Source: a virus (taxonomy: Duplodnaviria > Caudoviricetes). Taken from it: a stretch of DNA of 24,187 nucleotides. The translations under genes were made by a program, and so were the position numbers. Under the pieces are notes generated by a model. The model was not told where the DNA came from, made no database searches, and was given only the letters and a program-made list of their open reading frames with translations. The stretch is from positions 1 to 24,187 of IMG/VR virus record IMGVR_UViG_3300037483_000337; one strand, 5' to 3'. The number at the start of each line of letters is the position of its first letter. The first letter of the stretch is position 1. Of this stretch, positions 17,812-24,187 are shown piece after piece.

Positions 17812-18198
17812 ATGACCGTTGGAATCGCCGCATCCCAGGCCAACGCCATGCTCGACGCGTTGTGCCGCAACGTCTCCTACGCCAACGCCGCCGTGTGGGT
17901 GAAGCTCCACGTCGGCGACCCCGGAGCGGCGGGCACCAGCAACGCGGCCGGGGAGACCACCCGCAAGCAGGCGACGTTCGGCACGGGCGCGGCATCGGGC
18001 ACGATCGCGAACACCGTCGCCCTGGCGTGGACGAACGTCAGCACCGGTGAGGACTACACGCACTTCTCGATCTGGACCGCCTCGACGGCCGGAACGTTCC
18101 TCGGAAGTGGCACGATGACGGCTAACGCCGTCGGCGCGGGCGACGACTTCAACATCGCGATCGGCGCGCTCACCGTCCCGTTCACCATCGCGGCGTAG
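17812..18198 (+). CDS. Minor tail protein (small fibre-associated type)
   Basis: SD AGGAG. KLHVGDPGAAGTSN and THFSIWTASTAGTFLGSG motifs typical of actinophage minor tail proteins. Confidence 0.8.
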   Translation: MTVGIAASQANAMLDALCRNVSYANAAVWVKLHVGDPGAAGTSNAAGETTRKQATFGTGAASGTIANTVALAWTNVSTGEDYTHFSIWTASTAGTFLGSGTMTANAVGAGDDFNIAIGALTVPFTIAA

Positions 18199-18201
18199 CG
18201 C

Positions 18202-20535
18202 ATGGCCCTGACCCACACGCTGCGCGACGACTTCTCCACGGACACCCTCGCGGCGAACTGGCCGGGGTCCTCCGGGGCGGCGATCACCGGCGGCCGGATG
18301 CGGGTCACCACCGACACCGCCTTCAACCTGGCCAAGACCGCCACCACCTACACCCTCGACGGGTCCAAGGTCCTCGCGCAGGTCTTCCCCGCAGCGCAGG
18401 CCTCGGCCACCACCGACGCCACCACCGAACTCCTGGTGCTCACCACCACGGCGGGCACCGACGCGGGCATCAGCTACAACGCCGTGACCGGGAACCTCAC
18501 GTTCGCCTCACGCACCGGGTTCTTCGACGCCGGCGCGACGACCCTGACCTACGACGCGACCCCGCACCGGTGGTGGCGGCTGCGCGTCACCGCCGGAACC
18601 ATGTTCTGGGAGACCAGCCCGGACGGCGACACCTGGACGACCCGCCGGTCCGTGACCGCCCCAGCATGGGTGAGCGACACCGACCTCGCCACCAGCCTCG
18701 CATCGCATCGCAACGACGGCACGAACAACTTCGCCGAGTTCGACAACTACAACATCGCGACCGTGTCCGGTGTTGCCGCCCTCGGGACCATCACCGTCAC
18801 GCCCGCCGCGACCGGGCAGCGGCAGGTCAATGGCGTCGCAACCCTCGGCACCCTGGCGATCTCGGCTGCGATCAGCGCCATCCACCGCACCGTGTACGGC
18901 GTCGCCACCACCTTGCTGCGCATCCACCCGTCCGCCGTCGGAGACAGCTCCGCCATCGAGTACCCGGCACCGGCGCCCACCTCGCGCTGGCAGATTCTCA
19001 CGGGGCCGGCGTCCGGCGGGTACGCCCAGGAGCTGACCGCCGCGACGGACCGCAAGCTGTCGATGCGCCTGAAGGACCCGAGCGAATTGACCTTCGGGAT
19101 CGACGGCCGCCACCGCGAGGCCACCGGCCTGGACGAGCTGACCACCGACGCACACGTCCTGTGGACATCGGAGGAAGGTGTGGTGTGGCAGCTGTTCCGT
19201 GGCCGCATCGGCGGCAGCAGCGACGTGATCGACGAAGACAGCCACCGGATGAGCCTCACCGCCCTGGACTACCGGGCGCTGCTCACCCGCCGCAGGCTGT
19301 ACGCCGGCCGAGGCATCAACGCGAACGACTCCTTCGAGGATGGCCTGGGTTTCTGGACCGGTGCCGGCGGGACGCTGGAGCTGGACGACTCCCAGCATCA
19401 GGACCGCCTGAAGTCGGGCCGCATCACCCCGGACGGCGTCACGGGCACGACGAGCATCACCAGCGACAACTTCCCGGCGTCCGCGGGTACGACCTACCGC
19501 CTGTCGGGGTGGATGCGGTGCGTCACCGGAAGGTCGGTGACGTTGCGCGTGGACTGGAAGAACGGCGGCGGCGGAACCATATCGAGCAGCAGCATCACGC
19601 TCACCCTGACGGCCGAGACGTGGTCCCGGGTGGATGAGGACGCGGTCGCGCCTGCCACCACCACCCAGTTCGCGATCGTGTTCCTGACCACGGGCACGGC
19701 CCCGGCGACGGACATCCTCTGGTTGGACGACGCGAAGCTGACGGTCCTGCCGACGCTGGCGAGCCGCCTGGTGTACGGCGATGTGGAGCAGGTCGACATC
19801 GCGTGGGACATGATCAACGACACGCAGTCCCGGGTGGGCGGGGATCTCGGGATCAGTAACGCCTCGACCGCCACGGGGGTCACGCGCGACCGGCTGTTCC
19901 AGGTGGGCGACTCGATCGGTGACCGGATCAAGGAGCTCAGCGAGGTCGAGGCCGGCTTCGATTGGGACATCGTCCCGATCTCGGCGTCGGCGCTTGAGTT
20001 CCGCACCTGGCATGAGGAGCGCGGTGTTTCCCGGGGCGAGGTGCTGGAGCTCCGCGGCCCGGTCGTGTCCGCTCAGCGCCAGGTGACGGCGACTGAGTAC
20101 GCCAACGCCATCCGGTACACCGGTGCCGACACCACGATTCCCGACGAGCGCGAGGCCGCCGACCTGGCGGACCGGGCCGAGGGGCGCTGGGACGCCGTCT
20201 ACGCCGACACCGGCTTGACCACCCAGGACTCCCTGAATGGCAGGGCGCACTGGCGGCTCAAGCAATCCCAGACGGTGCGGCCTACCTGGTCGGTCAGGCT
20301 GCGCAGGCGTTACTGGCGCGGGCCGGATCACATCTGGTTGGGCGACCCGGTGCGGCTGGTCGTGTACTCCGGGCACCTGCAGACGGACACGATCCTGCGG
20401 GTGTATGAGATCGCGTTCGCTCTCGGACCGGACGGCGGCGAGGAGATCGAGCTGACGCTGAACGGCCCGGCGATCGATTACCGCCGCCCGCCCGCGATCG
20501 CTGATAGGCGTCTTACCAATCTTGAACGCCGATGA
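18202..20535 (+). CDS. Multidomain minor tail protein: lectin-like N-terminus plus baseplate hub-like domain with an inserted carbohydrate-binding module
   Basis: HRWWRLR...WETSPDGDTW...AEFDNYN N-terminal domain. Hub motifs LFRGRI, ELSEVEAGFDW, YANAIRY, LGDPV. Internal NDSFEDG...AGTTYRLSGWMR...LWLDD module. Confidence 0.8.
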   Translation: MALTHTLRDDFSTDTLAANWPGSSGAAITGGRMRVTTDTAFNLAKTATTYTLDGSKVLAQVFPAAQASATTDATTELLVLTTTAGTDAGISYNAVTGNLTFASRTGFFDAGATTLTYDATPHRWWRLRVTAGTMFWETSPDGDTWTTRRSVTAPAWVSDTDLATSLASHRNDGTNNFAEFDNYNIATVSGVAALGTITVTPAATGQRQVNGVATLGTLAISAAISAIHRTVYGVATTLLRIHPSAVGDSSAIEYPAPAPTSRWQILTGPASGGYAQELTAATDRKLSMRLKDPSELTFGIDGRHREATGLDELTTDAHVLWTSEEGVVWQLFRGRIGGSSDVIDEDSHRMSLTALDYRALLTRRRLYAGRGINANDSFEDGLGFWTGAGGTLELDDSQHQDRLKSGRITPDGVTGTTSITSDNFPASAGTTYRLSGWMRCVTGRSVTLRVDWKNGGGGTISSSSITLTLTAETWSRVDEDAVAPATTTQFAIVFLTTGTAPATDILWLDDAKLTVLPTLASRLVYGDVEQVDIAWDMINDTQSRVGGDLGISNASTATGVTRDRLFQVGDSIGDRIKELSEVEAGFDWDIVPISASALEFRTWHEERGVSRGEVLELRGPVVSAQRQVTATEYANAIRYTGADTTIPDEREAADLADRAEGRWDAVYADTGLTTQDSLNGRAHWRLKQSQTVRPTWSVRLRRRYWRGPDHIWLGDPVRLVVYSGHLQTDTILRVYEIAFALGPDGGEEIELTLNGPAIDYRRPPAIADRRLTNLERR

Positions 20536-20558
20536 CCATCAGACCGACAGGAGTTTGA

Positions 20559-20819
20559 GTGTGGAGTCGTACCCCGCCGTGGCTAACGGTCCTTCGGGAC
20601 GTGGTGTGTCTGGCGCTGGGGGTGTGGGGCGTCGTGCACGAGGAGCTGAGCGGCAAGGCAGACCTCGGAAGGCTGGCCTTCTTCGCCATTCTCATGGTGG
20701 CACCGGCGGCACTGGCGGCGGTGTGGCTGGCACAGTCTGGTACCGCTGGCTCGTCCTCGGATCCTCCTGTGTCGCCTCCCTCGCCATCCTCGCCATCGCC
20801 GTCATCGAGTGGGCCGTGA
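20559..20819 (+). CDS. Membrane protein (2 TM), holin-like lysis cassette gene
   Basis: SD AGGAG. Two hydrophobic segments and a Ser/Pro-rich tail, upstream of the endolysin. Confidence 0.7.
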   Translation: MWSRTPPWLTVLRDVVCLALGVWGVVHEELSGKADLGRLAFFAILMVAPAALAAVWLAQSGTAGSSSDPPVSPPSPSSPSPSSSGP

Positions 20820-20820
20820 G

Positions 20821-21060
20821 GTGACCGCCCGCCGGTACGCGGTCGGCATGGTGCTCCTGGTGGCGGCCCTGCTCGCTGGTGCCGTGGTGGCCAATACCTG
20901 GTACACCCAGCGCGCACTGCATCGGGCGGATCTGCGGTGGTGCGCGCTGCTGTCGCTGTCGGCCACCAACGATCCGCCGCCGACGACCGAGCGCGGCCGT
21001 GTCGCCCAGCAGGAGGCCAGGCGGCTCGCCCGGAACTTCGGATGCCCAGTCGACCAATGA
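20821..21060 (+). CDS. Single-TM membrane protein of the lysis cassette
   Basis: N-terminal hydrophobic helix and a soluble domain bounded by two Cys (WC...FGC). The start could be 20809 or 20821. Confidence 0.7.
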   Translation: MTARRYAVGMVLLVAALLAGAVVANTWYTQRALHRADLRWCALLSLSATNDPPPTTERGRVAQQEARRLARNFGCPVDQ

Positions 21061-21079
21061 GCACGAGGAGAGAACGCCG

Positions 21080-21838
21080 ATGAAGCTGATCACCCGATCC
21101 CAGTGGGGCGCGCGCCAGCCGAAGAACATCGAGCACGTCTCCGGCACCGACGGCGTCAAGGTCCACTACGTCGGCGATCATGTCGGCCTGGACCTGGAGA
21201 CCGACCACGCCCACTGCGCCGCAATGGTCCGGTCGATCCAGCGCCACCACATGGATGCCAACGCCTGGGCGGACATCGCCTACTCGGCGCTGGTCTGCCC
21301 GCACGGCAACGTGTTCGCCGGTCGCGGCCCGGGCGTCCTGGTCGCAGCGAACGGGCCCGGGATGAACCGCGACCATTACGCCGTATGCGGGCTGGTCGGA
21401 GACTCCGGCCTGGTCGACCCGTCCGAGGCGATGCTGTCCGGGATCCGGGATGCGATCGAGTGGCTGCGCGATCAAGGCCTGGCGGGCGATGAGATCAAGG
21501 GCCACCGGGACGGCTACTCGACCTCGTGCCCCGGGCCGAAGCTGTACGCCTGGGTAAAGGCCGGGGCGCCGCGCGCCGGGAAGCCCGTCCCTGAGCCGAT
21601 CGCGCCGCCGTTCGCGGGCCGCCTGCTGAAGGTGGCGAAGCCCCTGATCCACGGCAGTGACGTGCTGGCGTGGCAGAAGCAGATGCGCAAGCGTGGCTGG
21701 TCCATCGTCACTGACGGCTACTACGGGCCGGACTCGGCCACGGTGTGCCGGAAGTTCCAGGCCGAAAAGCATCTGGGCGTGGACGGCATCGTCGGGATCC
21801 GCACGTGGTCGGCAGCCTGGGAAGCGACGGTCACCTGA
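21080..21838 (+). CDS. Endolysin: N-acetylmuramoyl-L-alanine amidase (Amidase_2) with C-terminal peptidoglycan-binding domain
   Basis: SD GAGGAG. ITRSQWGA, VHY, WADIAY, GHRD...TSCPG Zn ligands. C-terminal DGYYGP...FQ...LGVDGIVGIRTW. Confidence 0.94.
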   Translation: MKLITRSQWGARQPKNIEHVSGTDGVKVHYVGDHVGLDLETDHAHCAAMVRSIQRHHMDANAWADIAYSALVCPHGNVFAGRGPGVLVAANGPGMNRDHYAVCGLVGDSGLVDPSEAMLSGIRDAIEWLRDQGLAGDEIKGHRDGYSTSCPGPKLYAWVKAGAPRAGKPVPEPIAPPFAGRLLKVAKPLIHGSDVLAWQKQMRKRGWSIVTDGYYGPDSATVCRKFQAEKHLGVDGIVGIRTWSAAWEATVT

Positions 21839-22060
21839 TGGACGACGACTGACCTGCCAATTTGGCAGCAACTAGCAGCTAACTGGCAGTTGCCCATCGA
21901 CATCCCCGACCTGCAGATATGCCCGCTACTCGCAGCTCTGCGCAGTTACTCATCAAGCAAATCCGGGACCACTGATCAGCACGACGCACGACCGCGAGAT
22001 CACCCTTCTCCTCCAGGCCCTCGCGGAACTCAACACCACCTTCACCCCTCGGGAGAGGCC

Positions 22061-22321
22061 ATGTTCGCATCCGTTCTGCGCACGATCGTCCCCGTCGTCG
22101 TCGGCGTCCTGCTCGGCTGGGCCGCGAAGGTCGGGCTGGACCTGCCGTCCGGCGCGGTCACGGAGATCGTCACCGTCGTCCTGACGGGCGTTTACTACCT
22201 GGCAGCGCGCACCCTGGAGCAGACCTGGCCCATCGTCGGCCGCTGGCTCCTCGCCCTGGGCCTGCCGGTCGGCCAGCCCAGCTACGACAAGCGCGCGCCG
22301 CTCCGGCCCGTCCAGAGGTAG
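22061..22321 (+). CDS. Holin-like membrane protein
   Basis: SD GGAGAGG before ATG 22061. LRTIVPVVVG...YYLAARTLE...WLL pattern with two TM segments and a basic C-terminus, downstream of the endolysin. Confidence 0.75.
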   Translation: MFASVLRTIVPVVVGVLLGWAAKVGLDLPSGAVTEIVTVVLTGVYYLAARTLEQTWPIVGRWLLALGLPVGQPSYDKRAPLRPVQR

Positions 22322-22470
22322 CCTGGGCCTGCGCGGCCTCGCCCGACGAACGAGCTGGTGCACCAGCTCTCGGTTCGCCTAGTCGAAGCGGGAACTCGCG
22401 CCGGTGGACTCGGGTGTAGCTCCGGACTCTCAACTCCGGGAGGCGCACCCGGTCGCACCGCAAAGACAAC

Positions 22471-22524
22471 AGCCCCGCTCTCCTTCGACCTTCGGGTCGC
22501 GGGAGGGCGGGGCTTCTTCGCGTT
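22471..22524. terminator. Intrinsic terminator between convergent transcription units
   Basis: AGCCCCGCTCTCC...CGACC-TTCG-GGTCG...GGAGGGCGGGGCT followed by TCTTCGCGTT. Confidence 0.85.
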
Positions 22525-22530
22525 CCCCGA

Positions 22531-23238
22531 TTAGGCGAGCTCTACGGTCGCGTAGCTCGAGTTGTCGGAGGGCTCCCATTCCCCGGTCACCCGCCAGCCG
22601 TTCGCCAGCAGGACTCGCTCGGCGTCGTCCTCGGCCTTGACGGCGGAGTCCTCGTCATCGGTGCGGACCGTGGTGTCCTGCGCGGGCATCGCGACGCGGT
22701 TGGTCATCCGCTGTTCCAGGATCTCGGCACCCTCATCGTCGTAGCCAGCGGAGACCTCTTCGCATTCGATGACGGAAACGTCACAGAAGTCTCCCTCGAC
22801 GACGTCCGGGGCGGTACCGATCGTGGCGACGTAGCTGGTCCTGCCGGGCTCCTGGGGTTCGTGCGCGGCGGCTGCCGCCAGTTCGTGCTCGGTGCCCTTG
22901 GGTAGAGCGACGCGCCACGCCGACCGACCGACGGGGATCTCGGCTCCGGTGGGGAGCGCGTAGACGAGGCCGATCTCCTGCTGGTCGAGCCAGTCACCCG
23001 CGCCCAGCTCCCGGAGCCTGGCCTCCAGCCCGCCCATCTCCTGGATGCGGGTGCCGTCGACTTGGTCGCCGGGCTCGGCAGTGATGAGAGTGAGGATGTA
23101 CGGGTCGGGCGGGCTGGTGATGTAGGCGATGTCGTCCTTGTAGTGCTGGACGAGCACGGACCCGCCATTCCGAACGTGGCGTAGGACGATGGCCCAGTCC
23201 TTGCGGGCCTGGTCGCTCTTCATGGTGATCTCGTTCAT
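22531..23238 (-). CDS. Acidic protein with N-terminal Phd/YefM antitoxin-like DNA-binding domain
   Basis: SD GAGAGG. The N-terminal ~43 aa (MKSDQARKDWAIVLRHVRNGGSVLVQHYKDDIAYITSP) fit the Phd pattern. The remaining ~190 aa are acidic and unrecognised. Confidence 0.65.
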   Translation of the reverse strand: MNEITMKSDQARKDWAIVLRHVRNGGSVLVQHYKDDIAYITSPPDPYILTLITAEPGDQVDGTRIQEMGGLEARLRELGAGDWLDQQEIGLVYALPTGAEIPVGRSAWRVALPKGTEHELAAAAAHEPQEPGRTSYVATIGTAPDVVEGDFCDVSVIECEEVSAGYDDEGAEILEQRMTNRVAMPAQDTTVRTDDEDSAVKAEDDAERVLLANGWRVTGEWEPSDNSSYATVELA

Positions 23239-23247
23239 GGTGGCCTC

Positions 23248-23691
23248 TCAGGTGGCGGGGACGGTGATGACCCACCGGCCCGCACTGTTCTTGGTGGCGG
23301 TGACCGCGCCGGAGCGGCAGCGGCGGTAGACGGTGGCGAGGGAGACGCCCAACTCGGCGGCAAGTTCCCGGGCGGTGATCTCACGGGCGGCGGTCTTCGC
23401 GGCGCGGCGGGCGCGGGCCAGGCTTTCGAGGCGCTTGATCTCGGCCTGGTCGGCGTCGGTGCGGCCTTCGCGGAGGCCGAGCCAGATGTACTCGCGGTTG
23501 TCGATCCACCAGCGTGCGGTGGTCTGGCGGGCGGCGACGGCGTGGAGGACCTGGCGGAAGCCGTCGGCGATGTCGTTGTCGTAGCGCGCCAGGTTGGCGT
23601 CCAGGACGGCATCGAGCCCGGCGCGGATCTTGTCGGCCCAGGCGATCTGCTTGGGGCTTCCGGCCAGCTGGGGCATCTCCGTCTTCGTCAT
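23248..23691 (-). CDS. Two-domain protein with C-terminal HTH_17 (excisionase/MerR-like) DNA-binding domain
   Basis: N-terminal GSPKQIAWADKIR...ARWWIDNR domain. C-terminal ITARELAAELGVSLATVYRRCRSGAVTATK...GRWVI. Start taken at ATG 23691. Confidence 0.8.
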   Translation of the reverse strand: MTKTEMPQLAGSPKQIAWADKIRAGLDAVLDANLARYDNDIADGFRQVLHAVAARQTTARWWIDNREYIWLGLREGRTDADQAEIKRLESLARARRAAKTAAREITARELAAELGVSLATVYRRCRSGAVTATKNSAGRWVITVPAT

Positions 23692-23750
23692 GTCTCTAGA
23701 CTCTCGCGAGTCGTACGACATTTCTAGTGCTATGCCCAACCGGCATGAAT

Positions 23751-23850
23751 CGTTACGCACTGTCCAGAACCGTAAAAGTTCGTCTACCGCCGTTCGAGAT
23801 CGTTCGGTTCCGTTCGGAATCGTCCGGCGGCGTCCGGTGCCGCCCATTCG
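23751..23850 (+). repeat. Ten-unit, exactly 10-bp-period degenerate tandem array (consensus CGTYCG-N4)
   Basis: Units at 23751, 23761 ... 23841 begin CGTTAC, TGTCCA, CGTAAA, CGTCTA, CGTTCG, CGTTCG, CGTTCG, CGTCCG, CGTCCG, CGCCCA. Confidence 0.8.
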
Positions 23851-24001
23851 ACGCCGGTCCGGTCCGTCCAGAGGTAGCCTGAACGCCCGGCCTCCAACCG
23901 GACGATGGGGCCTGTGCCCCACGTGACCGGCCAACGCACTGGCCGATCTCCAGCTCTTCCGGATAGGACCCGCCCGGCCCAGAGGGTCCTCCAGACCCAG
24001 T

Positions 24002-24048
24002 GCGAAAAGCCCCGCCCTCCTTCGGGAGGGTGGGGCTTCTTCGCGTTT
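24002..24048 (+). terminator. Intrinsic terminator, near-copy of the one at 22471
   Basis: AAGCCCCGCCCTCC-TTCG-GGAGGGTGGGGCTT followed by CTTCGCGTTT. Confidence 0.85.
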
Positions 24049-24089
24049 ACGCTCGGCCGGTTCCACTGCGGCAGGCCCTCTGAGATCCG

Positions 24090-24187
24090 CCGCAATCGGC
24101 AGAATCGGCCACCTGAGCGGACACCCCGAAACCAGAAACCACGCAGGTCAGGGCAGGGTTTTGCCGATACCAGGGGCGGGACCGGGG
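24090..24187. other. Putative right half of the cos/packaging region
   Basis: Non-coding. AATCGGC twice (24094, 24103), GCAGGTCA (24143), and a G-rich end complementary to the C-rich window start. Confidence 0.4.

Noticed and set aside
16711-20535. Diversity-generating retroelement or invertible tail-fibre system
   Set aside because: No reverse transcriptase, recombinase, template/variable repeat pair or flanking inverted repeats were seen.
258-21871. Many long minus-strand and alternate-frame ORFs (e.g. 2614-3978, 6507-7985, 15618-17045, 18508-20376, 20513-21871)
   Set aside because: Shadow ORFs typical of high-GC DNA. They overlap well-supported genes and give Arg/Pro/Gly-rich translations with no motifs.
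22411-22451. tRNA-like start CGGGTGTAGCTC
   Set aside because: No T-loop GTTCRA, no anticodon arm, and too short for a cloverleaf. It folds as a simple hairpin.
22322-22534. Open frame continuing after the holin TAG (possible readthrough)
   Set aside because: It runs through hairpins and the terminator, has no recognisable motif, and open frames of this length are common at this GC content.
23751-23850. CRISPR array or mini-array
   Set aside because: The period is 10 bp with 6-bp motifs. There are no 23-47-bp repeats with unique spacers and no cas genes.
23905-24187. Rightward ORF from ATG 23905 open to the window end
   Set aside because: No SD, crosses a strong terminator, and has a low-complexity Arg/Pro/Gly translation. 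It cannot be fully excluded if the contig continues.

Overview
High-GC DNA from an actinobacterial tailed phage (siphovirus with an HK97-type head). A single tightly coupled rightward block runs from 273 to 22321: HNH-like protein, terminase small and large subunits, four accessory genes, portal, prohead protease, major capsid, head-tail genes, tail tube, a -1 frameshifted tail assembly chaperone pair, a 1164-aa tape measure, distal/minor tail genes and a lysis cassette (amidase endolysin plus three membrane proteins). It is followed by only two leftward genes, a Phd/YefM-like fusion and an HTH_17/Xis-like fusion, which are bracketed by two near-identical terminators. The non-coding segments are rich in repeats and hairpins. 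Joining the two window ends gives an imperfect dyad resembling a cos site. The window may therefore be a complete ~24-kb genome with no recognisable replication, integration or classical repressor genes. This is an inference from the sequence, not proven. All protein calls rest on motif recognition by eye and gene order; no database search was run.
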